This document shows, piece by piece, positions 48,177 through 63,208 of a stretch of DNA of 64,000 nucleotides. Each line of letters opens with the position of its first letter. Positions within the stretch are counted from its first letter, which is position 1. Under the pieces are notes generated by a model. The model did no database searches. It had not been told where the DNA came from and was given only the letters and a program-made list of their open reading frames with translations. The DNA is from Octopus bimaculoides. Taxonomy: Eukaryota. The position numbers and the translations under genes were made by a program. The stretch covers positions 49,275,677 to 49,339,676 of the forward strand of contig NC_068990.1 of the NCBI RefSeq assembly GCF_001194135.2, given 5' to 3'.

Positions 48177-51100
48177 CTATTTGCCAATTGTTTTAAATAC
48201 TCTTCGGTTGAATTTGGGCTTTGCAAAAGATCTGTCAGCTTTACTTCTGGGCAAAGCTTTTTGGCCCTTTGATTTCTTCTTTTGAAAATCTGAGACAAAA
48301 AGTTAAGGAAATAGCTCTTTGAAGTAAAACATTCTGAAATAATTTCAAAGATATAAATTAAGCAAAAAAATTAGATCATTAAAAAAGATCATTTTGCAGC
48401 CTCTCTGCTATACTTGCACAGGTGAAGCAATCATTATTATAGCTAAGAAATGAAACTTGTGTCCCCACCCCACCAAGTTCAACCATGCAGGCTCAACAAC
48501 ATAAGATCTAAACTTGTGAGATAATAGTGACCAATCTTATCATGGTAGTCATCATTTAATGTTCATTTTTCCATACTTTTACCATAGGTCAGGTGGAATA
48601 TGTTAAGACAGATTTCCTACAGCTGGATGCCCTTCTTGTCATCAACCCTCACCTGTTTTTAAGCAAAGTAACAGTTTTCATGGAAAAACTGGAAACAAAC
48701 AACATGCTATGTTTGAGTGTATGTCTATCAAAATAAGGGAACATACAAAACTTTGCTTGACCTGGAGTTATAGAAGAAGACACTTATCTGGAGTGCTGTG
48801 CAATGTGACTAAACTCAAGATCACATAGTTGGGAAGAAAGTTTCTTAACCATACAATTGAGTTTAATATATAAATTAGTGGAGGTATAGTGGTATGGTTA
48901 AGAACATTACTTCACAACTAAGTGGGTTCAGGTCCAATTTCACTGTGTAGCATTTTGGGCAAGGGTCATCTACTATAGACTTAGGTTGACTAATGCCTTA
49001 TGAATGAAATGGAAGCCTGTCATGTGTGAGTGTATGTATCTGCATGCATCCCATATATGTTTTTTATACTTTTAATTTTTCAAAATTAAGACAAACAAAG
49101 TTCTCTTTTTAATCTAAAATATACTCTCCTTCATTTTCTACAATGCTCTTCCATCTATCTGATAGACTCGCAAGGCCCCTCTTCCAAAATTCATTTTGTC
49201 TGTGATGAAAAATACTCCTCCAGTACTTTTCTGACCTTGTCTACAAAATTCATTTTTTTCCCGTCCAAGTGATTTTGATAACTGCAGAATAAATAATAAT
49301 CAGATGGGGCAATGTCCAGCGAATTTGGAGGACGGGGCATCATTTCTCATTCAAACTGCTCTAGCCTTTGGAATGTTATTCTCGCTGTATGTGGCCGAGT
49401 ATTATCTTGATGGAAGAACACCTTTCGTCTTGAAACCAAAGATGGTCATTTTCCTTTGCTTGCAGTAGATCTCCTTTGTAATAAAAGTTCAGAGTGGACT
49501 AAACCTTTCATATCCCACCAAACAGATAACATCTTATGTGGATGAAGACCTTCTTTAGCCTGGGGTTTCTCCTCCCCCTACCCAGTCTTCGGCTCTTGAG
49601 ATTTTTATAGAGAACCCATTTCTTGCCACCAGTCACTATTTGGTCCAAAAAAAGGTTCATTCATGAGACGTGGCAGCAAAGAAGAGCACACATTCACTCT
49701 CTGCATATGATTAGACTCAGAAAGTTTGTGAGGAACCCATTGACCTTATTTCCTGACTTTTCTGATGGCACACAAATTCAATGAATGGTTGAATGACCAA
49801 ATCCAAGCTTCTCTGCTAGTTCCTCAGCAGTTACGGTGGGATTTTGTTCCACCAGGGTTTGCAAGACTTCCTTGTCAAGCTCTACAGATCTTCCAGGATG
49901 GGGCACATCTTCTAGGCTGTAGTTTCTGGCTCAGAATTTCTGGACCCGATATTGACATTGGCTTATACTTACTGTACAATCCCCATATACTGCATTTGTT
50001 GCCTTTATTGAACTCATAAAGCAACATATGGTGAATATGCTTTGTCACTTCCATTATAGCTTTGAAAAAAAATTACTTAAAATCAAACTGCACTCTTCAA
50101 AACTTGCACTAAGAATAAGGACACGGTAAAATTAATACCTGCTTTTATAGCAAGTTGATGCAGGTAGTTTATCCTGTCTCCCTCTGACTTTTAGTTCATG
50201 CAATTGAAACAAAACACATTATTTATTGGATGACCCAATATATGTATTTGTGTATAAATATAAGTCTGCCTCCTTCTCTTTACATTAATATTGCTTGGGC
50301 TACAGTGATATCTGTTTATGTTGTCTATAGAAAACAAGTCCTACAACTTAGTGGTTTGAAATGTGAAAATCAGTGAAATAAAGTACCTTACTTGGATCAA
50401 ATAAGGTTTGGCATGAGGAAGGACATCCAGCCACAACATACTGCCCCAAGAAGCCACATCCAACTCATGCCAGCACAGAAAAAAAACAATGATGATGATA
50501 TTACTGCAACTGAATTTATAACAGGATGACAAGTATACCTCAGTATAATGTGAATTTGGAGAGTGTAAAGCATGAGATTAAAGCATATAAGAGTAGCTTT
50601 CGTTTGAGCTCTTAGTGACTGAAATCATAAAATGTTCAGTGACAAATTGGTACATTTCTAATTTAGAAAAATACTAAAGCATCTTTCAGTTGACTTTTTT
50701 TCCCATCCCTGACAAAATATAGAAACAAGGGCTTTGTGCTGGCACCCCACTATTTCCATCTTACAGAGTAAGATGTTGGAGTATCTGGAGAAAATCTCCA
50801 GATACTCCAACATTATATAAATGCCAGGCAGTCATGCATCTTCTGTATAGCAAGGTGTCTATCTCTGCTTGTCACTTGCGTAATATCATCTCACTACATT
50901 CTCAAAAACTCACCTCACTTTCTTTTTTCTGTAAAGTGGTTGGCATTAAGAAGGGCATTCAGCCATAGGAATCATGTCAAAGCTAACAATAGATCATGAT
51001 GCAGCTCTGGGGATCACCAGATCTGGTCAAATAGACCAACTCATGCCAGCATGAAAAACATGTTAAATGATGATGAAACAGAATGAAAGAATAACAGCAG

Positions 51101-54100
51101 CAAAAAAAAAAAAAAAATTGATATAAATACTTGTTCTTTGATTGTGACATAGAACAATGGCATACACAAAAAAAAGGAGATAAAACAAATATTACAAAGA
51201 AAAGGATACCAAGGTCAACATAAATTGGATTAGCCATACCAAACATTGTTGCTACAGCCTTAACATCTAAGGAATTAACATCAAATATGTCCTTCATGCT
51301 ACTTGAAGCATAGGCTCTAATGTAGGATTTATATCCTTCTCGTGCTGCCTTATTCAAATGGTAGTTCTTTTGTATTAATTTCTCTAACTGAAAATGAAAT
51401 TTTTAAAAATACATGGAGGATGAAAAACCACTGTCAACATCCATTTCAATATCAACATAATATCATAAAGTTCACATTAATGATTCTTTTTAAGTCTCGC
51501 ACTTAGATCAACCTAATTCATTAAAGACTAAATTTTAAGAGACTACAACTACTCTGGGAATTTATATAACACCAGTTCACCAAACTTATTTACAATACAT
51601 ATTATCTTAAGGCAGTAAACTAGCAATCATTTGAGGCTTTGGATAGAATACCTCACATTCTTTATTTCAACTATCTACATACTGAGTTCAAATCGTGATG
51701 AAGTCAAGTTTGCCTTTCATCCTTTCAGGGCCAATAAAAAAGCACCAATCCAGGCAGTAGATTGGTTGAAGTGTTAGTAGATCAAGCAAGATGCCCTGTA
51801 TCTGTTCTGGCTCTTTGTGTCTTGACAGCAGTGCCTGCAATAATATTGGTGCCCAAGTTGGCAGCCTTTCTCTTGGTTAAAATCAGTGGCAAGGAACAGG
51901 GAGACTTGCATGCATAGCAACTGCCAGTCTTCGTTATAAAATTAAAAAAAAATTTGCCCAGGCTTATGCAAATAAGCAGCAGGTACATGGTCAACCTTGA
52001 TGTATAAAGGTCTTAAACCTATTCTCATAATAAATGTAGGTAAGTTTAATTTCTCAGATTTCCAGTGATTTTCAGTTTAGTTATCCTTAAAAATGTATGT
52101 TCAACACTCAACAGAAATTATAAAATACAGTTTTACTAAGAGTATTATATACAGTTTTTTATATATACTCAGTATACTAAATATGTAGTGACACAAATTG
52201 CCATGAAATTTTAATTCTCAATAATTTCACTTACACAAAACTACTCTGACAACACATAAAAACTATCTTTAAGTACAAAATGAATATATTACAAACCTGT
52301 GGTTGAATGTCAGAAATACTGCTCCAAGTAAATTCATACTCATTCAAAGTTACTCTGGCAGCTTTAAGGTATCTTAGAAATCCTAACTCATTAGGCTGTA
52401 AAATTAGCAAGGCTTTTCCAGTAGAGCCTTCTCCACGGGCAGTCCGGCCTACACGATGGATGTATTCCTGTGAAGAGATTTAAAAGAATTTTAATTTCAG
52501 AAAATAGAACATGCCTCTAATTACAATCTGAAATAAGTAACATGTTTTGTAAACAATACTGATTCTTTTTAAAACATTCATATTCATGGAAATTTGAGAC
52601 AAATCAATTGCTGGATTACATCAATAAAATCTGGTACTTCAGCTCACATTCCCCTAAAAAGAATTGAACTTAGCACTGTGATGCAATAAAATACAATTAT
52701 ACAGTATTTAACACTAGCATTTAAACTGGCCATATCGGCCCAAATATGATATCTGTTTTATGTTTTAGCCAACCAGATCCAGTCCATCACACCTACTCTT
52801 CAATATCATCATGAAATATACAATCAGACCATAATTTTAAATCTATAAAATAATGTATGATTAATTAAAAACGAAAAAGCATTACATTTGAGAGAATAAT
52901 TTGAAAGCTAAAGGAAAAATAGATGAGTGGCTCAAGGCTATAATGCTTTTAATCATAGATAAATTTATAACATCCTGGTTCACCTTATTACAGATAAGGG
53001 TTTAGGGCAAAAACATATAGTAGATAATAACTGAGAATTCAGTTTTAAAACAATTTCCTCTCTACACCAACAAATGTAACATTTTCTATACCTACAAAGT
53101 CATACAATCACTAACACCTCAGTAGATAAAGGAAAGATTACATTCCATTGAAAAAGTTTAATAATAATTTCCAGTGAACAAAATATACGAACCACCAACT
53201 AATATGTTTACTTTTAGCTACATAGCTGAATTTTTAAAACTTTTTTTTTTTATTGTGCTAAGCATTAGCAGTATTTACCCTCATTTATAATTTTTATGGT
53301 TTCTGGGAATTCTATAATTCTCAAACAATTCTTTTATCTCTAAACCAGTATATTGCACATACACACATCATCAACATCATCATAATTTTTTACATCCACA
53401 ATTTCCAAGTTGCAATGGTCAGATGAGATTTATCGAAAGCAACATTCTGTCACATGAAACAGCCAAACTACAGGACATATTGTTTATAGTAGACATACAC
53501 AAACACACACACAGTTTTTATCTACTTCAGCCCACAAGCAGACATCTGCCCAAGATGCTATACAGTTGAATTGAACCAGAAACTACGTAGATGCCAAGTA
53601 AACTGACAGCCATGCCTGTGCCTATTCAATTCTGTATTAATTAATTAGATTTTCAATTACTAACACATTAAGACGTATATGTCTGCTGATGATCTCTAAA
53701 ACTTAAATGCTGGAGTTATCTCCCATAATTGTCACTATTCAACAGAAATTTATTTCTTCCTTTCTATTTCTAAAGCGGTGAGCTGGCAAAAACGTTAGCA
53801 CGCCAGGCGAAATGCTTAGCGGTATTTCTGCCGCTACATTCTGAGTTCAAATTCTGCCAAGGTCGACTTTGCCTTTCATCCTTTCGGGGTCGATTAAATA
53901 AGTACCAGTTACGCACTGGAATCGATTATAATCGACTTAATCCTTTTGTTTGTCCCCTCTGTGTGTAACCTCTTGTCAGCAGTAAAGAAATAAGAAACTT
54001 ATTTCTTCCTTTCATTAGGTTTTAAAATGATTCCAGCCATTTATAGCTTAGTCAGAAGGGAAGGGCAATACCTATTACCCTTTTCAGGGATCTCTGAGAT

Positions 54101-57100
54101 TGGTAGTAGAGAAAGAGTGGAAACTGTCCTTTAGTGGAGTCTACTTAATCACAAGCGTTCTGGTCTAAGCTGAATCCTCGCTTAAATAAAACCATGGACC
54201 AGGTGGTGGTGTAAAACCAGTCAATGGATTAAGCGTACCAGTTAAGTAAGTCACAGCAGACTTGAATGCAAAGAGATGGAACATGTACCAGACGTTGTAA
54301 TGATCCACCATTAATTAGTATGTATAGCTATGTGGTTAAGTTAGTTTCTGCAACCATGTGGTTTCAATCTCAGTCTCTCTGCATGGTACCTTGACCAAGT
54401 GCCTTCTACTAAAACCTCTGGCTCACAAAGGCTTAGTGAGTGAATTTGATAACATCTTTCATGCTCTGAGTTCAATGAGGATTAATTCTAATTCTGCATA
54501 ATTTCTGGTGTATGGTTATATGATTTGATTCTACAAACCTTTCATTAAGACTTCCTTGATTAATCAGTACCCAAGCTATCTAGCAGTAATTGACAATACC
54601 AAAACTGTTGATGCACATCTCATTCGTTAAAAGATATGCAAAATCAAATACCTGAAGCAGTTTCTTTTGTAGGCACCTAAGTTTTGAATTCAATCCCACC
54701 AAATGATACCTTGGGTAAGTGCCTTCTACTACAACACGGAACTGACCATTGCCATTGAATGAAATTTGGTAAATGGAAAATATGTAGTAGTTGGCTGTAA
54801 GTGTGTGTATGTGTGTGTGTAGGTGTAAGTATACACACACATATCTCAGGTTGTACAGAAAGTTCTGTCTGATTACCAAGTTTGAACTAGTTCAAATTTG
54901 CTTTGTGTAAAAGCAATAAATATTGATTTATGGTCTGAATGATAGAAATAGCAGAGGGTAACATGAAAAATTCAGACACAGCAATTTCAATATGCTTGAT
55001 GAGCCTAAATTAGGACATCTTTTTGAACTAGATGATCAAATGCTAGAGGCAAAACATGCTGTGACAGTGAGAGCTTAGCTTTCCACTGAATTTAATGTTA
55101 GCATTATGACCATTTATTGTCATTTGAAGAAGTTATGAAAAAATTTTGAAGTTGGGAAAAAAAATTCCTCAAGCTCTTTCAGCAAAAATCTTCAACAAAG
55201 GTTTGACTGCTATGAATGGTTCCATACATGTAATCTCTAGCACCATTTTTAAACTGGATTGTGACCTAATGAAATTCTTTACAGCAATATCAGGAGTTGT
55301 AGATATAGACCATATCCAAATCAAAAACATGTACCAGATCTACAAAGGGGACTTCACCCCACCAAATTTTTTAATGTTTTGTGGGATATAAGGAATTATT
55401 CATTATGAGCTTATAGGGTCAAATCAAACAATACTTCTGAAATCTTAAATCTCATACAATCCATGCCAGTATAGAAAAAAAATGTGCAAACAGTAATGAT
55501 TATTCCCAACTAAAAAAAAATAAATAAGATCTATGTACAATAGATAGAACAAGGAGTAAAAGAATTTTAGTCTACTTACTTTTGGATCATCAGGAGGATC
55601 ATACTGTACAATCCAATCCACTTCTGGAATGTCCAAACCTCGAGCTGCAACATCAGTACACAGCAAAATAGCTTCCTTTGAATTGACAAACTGGAAAAAA
55701 GTCTGAGTTCTTTTGTTTTGTTTTTGTTTCCCCTGTATTGAAAACACATAACTTATGTCAATAGAAAAAAAAACAAAATTCATCAACAAAATATTATTTA
55801 GCAAATAAAAGGGAGAAAACAAAAGACACTCAATTTTAATGACACTTCCTTCCAGTATTGCTGGTCATCACCTTGTTCATACTGCTTGCCAATTTACTCT
55901 TGCTGCCTTTCATCTACACATCCTGGCTTTTACTGTCAACATTCTATCTACTGTGTCATACTGTCCTTTGCTATTGTTCTATCCTACTTGTCTGAGAAAA
56001 CTGAGTTCCTCTATCATTCATTCCATAAATGGACTTATCACTCTCATTGATTTGCTCAACAACAACAGCCACCGCCACTACCACCACTAAAAGAAGTTGG
56101 CTAGCAAGTAGAGATACCCAGTACACCCTGTAGAAGTAGCTAGTATTAAGAAGGGGATCCAACTATGGAAACCAAGCCAGAAACGAAACTCACAAGTGAG
56201 ATGTTGTTCTCCAGCTCATCTAGATGAACAGCACCACCAAATATGTGTTAACTCCAACTATGACAACTCACCCAACCCATCCCAGTACAGAAAATATACG
56301 TAAAATAATGATGATGATTACGAAGCTATTACGTTAACATCAAATAATGATTGCATGAATATGGAGTTTGCTTTTGTTACCAGATGGTCTTAAGCTCTAC
56401 CTTACAATATGGCAAGTGTCTATTGTAGTTTCAGGCTGACCAATACCTTGCAAGTAAAACAAAGACAGAAACTCTATCAAAGCTTGCTGTATGTGTGTTT
56501 GTACATATGAAAAGTAATGTTTATACACCACACCTTTGAAAAGTATTAACCCTTTTGTTACCAAACCACCCAAAGCCGCTCGAAAAAAATTTTGGTTCAT
56601 GTGACCAAGCTGCCCAAAACCGCCCGTAATCACCTATTCATATTTAAATGAGAATATCTGAGCAAATCTCGTTAGTACATTCGTGAAAACACGTGATTAT
56701 TTGTGTAAACAGTTCAGCTATAGTTTTGTACGACGATCAACATGTTTTTTTAATTTTGTGAATTTTGGGAGATTTTTTTCCAAATTTGTTCCTGTTGTGT
56801 TTTCAAAATTTGTAATCCTGACAAAAAAATGGATATGAATTTTATTCTGTCAAGCAGCGAGTCAGAATTCGAAGGATTTTCCGTTGAAGACCTTGATAAA
56901 TCTAACTCTGTAACNNNNNNNNNNNNNNNNNNNNNNNNNNNNNNNNNNNNNNNNNNNNNNNNNNNNNNNNNNNNNNNNNNNNNNNNNNNNNNNNNNNNNN
57001 NNNNNNNNNNNNNNNNNNNNNNNNNNNNNNNNNNNNNNNNNNNNNNNNNNNNNNNNNNNNNNNNNNNNNNNNNNNNNNNNNNNNNNNNNNNNNNNNNNNN

Positions 57101-60100
57101 NNNNNNNNNNNNNNNNNNNNNNNNNNNNNNNNNNNNNNNNNNNNNNNNNNNNNNNNNNNNNNNNNNNNNNNNNNNNNNNNNNNNNNNNNNNNNNNNNNNN
57201 NNNNNNNNNNNNNNNNNNNNNNNNNNNNNNNNNNNNNNNNNNNNNNNNNNNNNNNNNNNNNNNNNNNNNNNNNNNNNNNNNNNNNNNNNNNNNNNNNNNN
57301 NNNNNNNNNNNNNNNNNNNNNNNNNNNNNNNNNNNNNNNNNNNNNNNNNNNNNNNNNNNNNNNNNNNNNNNNNNNNNNNNNNNNNNNNNNNNNNNNNNNN
57401 NNNNNNNNNNNNNNNNNNNNNNNNNNNNNNNNNNNNNNNNNNNNNNNNNNNNNNNNNNNNNNNNNNNNNNNNNNNNNNNNNNNNNNNNNNNNNNNNNNNN
57501 NNNNNNNNNNNNNNNNNNNNNNNNNNNNNNNNNNNNNNNNNNNNNNNNNNNNNNNNNNNNNNNNNNNNNNTGGGTACTGCTCTGGATTTTAATTTTATAC
57601 TGGCAAAAGAGACAGTAATAAATCCAGTAATGTGCACAACTCTTCTATAATAATATTTTGTTGTATACCCAATTGAATATTAGCTAATAACCCATTTTCT
57701 ATAGCGATGTTTGAACAAAAATTTAAATAATTTTATATTTTGTTGAATTTACCTGTAATTAAAGTCACTTTGTGACAAAAATTTTGGTATAGAATTGGTT
57801 GAGAACCTTTCGTTAATTTATCTTCCAAAAATCACATTAATATGTTGATAAATAAAAAAGTTAGAGTTGTTTAATGAAACCAGCCTAAATTTATGATTAT
57901 GTTAGAAATTAATTGAAACACATAAGGGGTGTAATTTGGTTAGAAATATGGTAACGAAAGGGTTAAGTGAAAAAAAACAATGATGTTTGTTATCATTCAC
58001 TGCTAACAAATCTTTCCAAAACTGTATTTTTGAAGACAAATGGAAAAAAATCCATTACTGTAAACACGAGCGAAGGTTAACAACAGGAAGAGTTTCCAGC
58101 TGTAAAACAGCCTCAGTAAATATTCATTCAATCCATGCTAGCTTGGGAAAAAAAACGAACATAAAACAAATAAGTCAGGCATGGGAAACCTTTTCTGAGA
58201 AATGAGCCACATGAGACATGGTTTATCATCAGGTGGGCCACACTACTATAAAAATTCTAAATGTGCCATTCAGAAAGTCCTACAGTAGGAATTTGCCCAC
58301 AACAGCTCTAAGTTATTAATCAGGATTAGTTTTTGTTTCTTTTAATGGTTTACCCAAAGGAAGAAGAGGAACATCTATGACATATATTGGCAAGGCTTCC
58401 AAGATTGGTGGTAACAAACTACAGCTGGTTATCCTCAGGGCATATACTCGATCTCAATGCTTACTACATAGAGTACCTTTGTCGTCTCACATCAGTTCTT
58501 TCTACTACTATAAAAAATATTGAGTTGTTCAACAAGTCAACATTCATTAAATAAAAGACAGGTGAAAATTAATTTACTTACATGTATTGACATTACAGGG
58601 AGATCAATGTAATTAAACAGATCATGGTGGAATTTTACAGACATACATGAACTGAAAAACACCATTAATTTCTTCTTGCGATTTTTCTTGAGAAATGTGA
58701 AGAGCATAAGAAATCGTTTATCAGTTGGACATACAACATAGCCCTAAAAATGAACAAAAGGTATAGAAATAACCAGCAAGTTTAACTTATAAAACATCTT
58801 TAAAAATTAAAACAATCATACATATTTCAGTTTCTAAAATCTCAATAAACCACTTTACTTTTCCTTTACTTGTTTCACTTATTGGACTGCAGTCATACTG
58901 GGGTACCATCTTCAAGAGTTCAGTTGAACAAATTAACCCCAGTACTTGTTTTTTGTTTTAAAATCTGGTAATTATGTATGTTTCTTTTACCGAACCACTG
59001 AGTTATGGGGCTGTAAATAAAACACAAGTTGACAAGCTGTGGGTGGACAAATAGAGAGAGAGACATACACAAATATATATATATATATATGTGTGATGGG
59101 CTATTTTCAGTTTCCTTCTACTAAATTCACTCACAAGATATTGGTCAGCCCAGCACAAGGCATTGACTCCATAACAATGAAATAACTATAGCAAGAATGG
59201 TTATTTCCATTCAATGTCAGCTGTAGAGGATTCCCTACCTATTCATAGAATACACACAGCCATTGGAATGACGGGAAAAGTAAGGATGAACAACCCATCT
59301 TTTTTGTATACTGAGGAATACAGTAACCAATGTGCCCATCCTGTTTTAAGACAGTAAGGTTTTAAGTACTGTTTTAAGACATTAAGACATGAGGAAATCT
59401 AACTGCCATTTCTAATGGGTTACCTAAGTATACAGAAACCCCTTTAATTTGCTGGTATAAAAACTGATGTAACTCATACAGCAATGTGTGATATGTATAC
59501 ATGTGCTTCTTTGTTTGCACATGCACACACGAGCGCATGTATGTAAAATAAAGTTAGTTTTCTTTTTTTGAGAAACTTCCTCAGGAGTACATGAATACTT
59601 ATTGAAATTTTTTTTAATTTTGAGAAAGCAAATTTTCAAATTTCTTTCTCATGCAATAAGGGATTTGTGAAACTACACCTTGTCATCTACATAGTTCCAA
59701 CTGTTTCAAGAATATGCAAATTTTCATCAATTGCTAAATAAAGAACAACGCAAAAATAATAATTTCTAACATAGGCAAAATGCCTAAAATTTGTGATGTG
59801 GAGAGGTTAGTTAGTTAATTAACCTCAGTATTTGACTAGCACTTTATTTTACTGACTTCAGAAGGTACAAGATCAGAAATGGGGGGGGGGGGACTGCTAA
59901 TTATAACATATTGACTCAAGTATGTGACAGGTACTTAATTTTATTGAAACTGGAATGCTGAAAGACAAAGCTGATCTCAGGAGGTTTTGAACTCAGGACA
60001 AAAAGAGCTAGAGACAACTACCATAAAGCATTTTTTGTCCAACACACTAAAGATTTTAACCATAAATATTCCTAACAGTTTTTCTTCTTTTATTTGAGAA

Positions 60101-61041
60101 ATAAAAAGCATTATATTTACTTGCTCTAGTCCTTCAACTGTAGCCTGAATACTAGTGTCATGAACACCTACATAGATAGGTTCTTTCTTGAGAGAAATCC
60201 GAGCCAAATCTTCTGTTTTGTTTGTCTGAGTGGCTGAAAACAGCATTGTCTGTCTCTTTTCTTGTGAAGAGGAAAATATAGAAAACACAAGTAAATTTCT
60301 GTAGGTTTAAAACAATAAAATTATTTGTATATATACTTATGTAGAACACAATATAAAACAGGATACCTGAAACATGTATAATGTAGATGAAAGGATTACA
60401 GACAATGTAAAAACATCCTGCTCTTCTCTTAAGTAAACAAAAACAATAATTGAGAATCATCTGACAGAGAACTATTCCTCTAAATCACTATGTATAGCAG
60501 AAGCTTATTAGGATATAACATTAATAGTCCTCCAGATTTAGTCGGCCATGTAGTTAGCTAAACAGTATGTGTTTATATGGAACATAGTATAAATTAGGAT
60601 ACTTTAAACATGTGTAACATAAATAATTATGTTATCTTTGCGAAAGTCTTAGCTGTGGCGATTGCAGATGATGTGAAAACATCCTATTGTTCTCTTGGGT
60701 GAACAGAAATACAACTGAAAAATCTTCTTTTAGGATAATTGTCCCTTCAACGTAGAGGCTGCAGTTTTATTCTTCAGCTACTCAGGGAATCAAATCGCTA
60801 TACAAACAGATAACAAACGATAATTTATATCAACTTCATATAACAAAGGTAAGAAGCTAGACAGCAAGCAAGATGGAAATAATGGCTTAATCTACTAAAG
60901 TACAAGAAAATGAGAAATGTAATTACTTGGCAACACTCTAATGATTTTCTTCATTTCTTCTGCAAAACCAATGTCTAGTATACGGTCAGCTTCATCAATA
61001 ATTAAACATTGGAGATTCTTATACATAAAATTAGATGTGCT
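48177..61041 (-). CDS. DDX18: ATP-dependent DEAD-box RNA helicase DDX18/HAS1, 3' seven coding exons (5' part outside window)
   Basis: Exons (minus): 61041-60927 ([19 protein letters not shown]), 60260-60121 ([24 protein letters not shown]), 58743-58582 ([33 protein letters not shown]), 55732-55580 ([39 protein letters not shown]), 52467-52297 ([12 protein letters not shown]), 51387-51210 ([26 protein letters not shown]), 48289-48177 (basic tail, TAG). All GT-AG with phases consistent. AATAAA at ~48124-48129. Confidence 0.97.
49050..50240 (-). mobile_element. Decayed full-length mariner in the last DDX18 intron
   Basis: TA+ttgggtcatccaataaataat terminus; [48 protein letters not shown] and [15 protein letters not shown], with many disruptions. 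Confidence 0.85.
53765..53998 (+). mobile_element. Full-length tRNA-derived SINE with a 15-bp TSD
   Basis: Head aaagcggtgagctggcaaaaacgttagcacgcc, B-box-like gagttcaaattc, (aagaaat) tail; ttatttcttcctttc duplicated at 53750-53764 and 53999-54013. Confidence 0.85.
54950..55442 (+). mobile_element. Highly decayed mariner transposase remnant
   Basis: [49 protein letters not shown] and [14 protein letters not shown]-like segments. Confidence 0.5.
56550..57962 (+). mobile_element. Non-autonomous piggyBac element (contains a gap)
   Basis: TTAA-CCCTTTTGTTACC ... GGTAACGAAAGGG-TTAA (TSDs 56546-56549 and 57963-57966). Start of a transposase-like acidic N-terminus [18 protein letters not shown]; the left ~350 bp resemble 63209-63540. 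Confidence 0.88.
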
Positions 61042-62668
61042 CTGAATAAAAGAGTGATAAAAAATTTATGTAACAAAATTTGATATAGAAAAAAAAAATT
61101 AAACATGAACATTTTTTTTACTCAATATCATTCCACAAAGTGGATTTATAACTGATCCAGGAAGAAGGGATAAGTGCCCATTACTTGCGAATTACAGAGC
61201 ATCAATATTGTGAGCTATTCTCATGCAAATGCTTGCAACTGAGTAGACACTGATAAAAGCACTGAGAGTGGTGGTGGAAATTAAACCAGGTAGTGAATTC
61301 AGCTTAACCTCCAAAAATAGGTTATTGTCCAATGATCTTCCACAATTACTGCCTTCCCAGTTTAACTTACAAAGCTTGGGTTGGTCCAAGGATATGGTAG
61401 AAGTCACTTGCACATGGTTCTGTGTAACTTAATGAAACCTGGTGTCATGTGAAATAAAATTTCTTAATGCTTTTGTTACCATATTTCTTTTGAAATACAC
61501 AACCTTAGTTATAATTCATTTTTTTAGTAATGAAGAATTTAGTAAAATAGCTGATGTTTGAATTATAGATTAACAAAAAAGATTTTTCCTCTCCAAATAG
61601 AGGAAATTTGAATCATAGACAGGGGTTGGTATCAAGAGTTAACCATACAGCTCAACCTACACCCAATGAGAGATGGCAAACATTATCCTCTTTCTCTTTC
61701 GAATTGATTTGAATTTCAAGAATCTATATATTATTAATAGTAAATTCTTATTTAAAGCACTAGAAATGTTGAAAAGAATTAACACTGAACAAACTATATA
61801 TGGCTGCTTGATTTTACTAGAAATGACAGCAAAATCCTGCTTAAATTACATTCTACCATCTAAAGAAAAGGAAGACATTAGATATTGTAGCCCTGTGATG
61901 GGACAGTCACACTAGAATACCTTTGTTCATAAATGAACTTGATCAGTTGATTTGGGGGCTCAAAAAGAACAATTGAATAAAAATGTCGAAAGACGTAAAA
62001 GCTGTATATAAACAGTCATTCATTAGCTATAAAAATAGTAATTTTTTGACAATATTAAGGTTTTCCTCGACCATGCTGCTATCATACAGAAATTTTGATG
62101 GATCTACTCGAACTTTCCAATAGATTTTAGATATCAGCTTTGTGACTATATGACTACTAATCTTTCATTCTTACATCCTTTTACATATTCAGAAATCCTT
62201 TACATTAGCTCCTAAAATTTAAATGCAGTGGAACTTTCTCTTATAAATCAAGGATTATGTTATCAAACAATTACTGTTATTCAAACTAATATGTCCCAAA
62301 TATTTTTAGAACATTTTTATATCTTCTGTTTAATATTATCCACCAGTAATTGTTACCCAAAAGGTTCTGTTCCACTGTGATAAGCAACTGATGCAGTCAA
62401 CAATTTGAAATACATTTCTGTTCGGGTATTCATTCTCTTGGATATGTTGTTCTGGGCCAGCAGATGCAGCATAAAATAATAAGCACCCTTTAGTTTACAG
62501 AGCAGAAGTCAACCCACTAGTGTTGATGCCTTGATAAATGCTCTTGATACACTCTGTAAAGTGGTTAGTGATAGATCAAAGACAACTGAGGGTTGAGATG
62601 ACCCTTTATCTATGTCAAGGACATAGCAACCTTTCAGTTGCTGGTGCCATGATAAAATGCACTCAATA

Positions 62669-63204
62669 CTGTAAATCCTCGAGTATGGTCCGCCCTTGAA
62701 TATAATACGCAGGGAATTTTTAGGGGCCTGTACCTCTGAAAAACCTAAACCTTGTGTATAATATGTACCCTTTCTCTAACTTGAGTCAAGGAGGTTTATA
62801 TAACGTCCTTGGTAAACATATATCCGGTAATGTCCTTTATTATTATTGTATATATACCATAATGCAAAAGTGTAGCTTTTTTGTGCACTTCGCAGAAAAT
62901 AAAGAAATAACAGCAATAACGTCAGTGAAAAATAAATATTAAGTAAATTGCCTTTACATATTTATCTCTATCAGTTATAAAAGCAAAAACATTTATTCAA
63001 ATCCTTCAAATTCAACGTCACTTTCAGCATCAAATAACTGTTCCATTTGTTCCTCCATAAACATGTCAGCATCACTGTAGTGTAAATCTCCGTCATCATC
63101 AGATTCATAGTCAACATCAGAAGATTCACTTTCATTTATTTGATCTTTCGATACAATGTCATCCTGAGTACCATCCAGTGCAGACGATATACAACACTTT
63201 TATT
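62669..63204 (-). mobile_element. 3' end of a pogo/Tc2-like transposon, interrupted by the piggyBac
   Basis: TA+ctgtaaatcctcgagta terminus; minus-strand KCCISSALDGTQDD...LFDAESDVEFEGFE* resembles a pogo-type C-terminus. Confidence 0.65.
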
Positions 63205-63208
63205 TTAA

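Noticed and set aside
61185-61265. Hairpin in a DDX18 intron resembling an H/ACA snoRNA arm
   Set aside because: No H box or ACA box at the expected positions and no second hairpin.
61860-61960. RYCSPVMGQSH resembling the CR1/L2 LEYCSPVW motif
   Set aside because: A single short degenerate motif; insufficient support.
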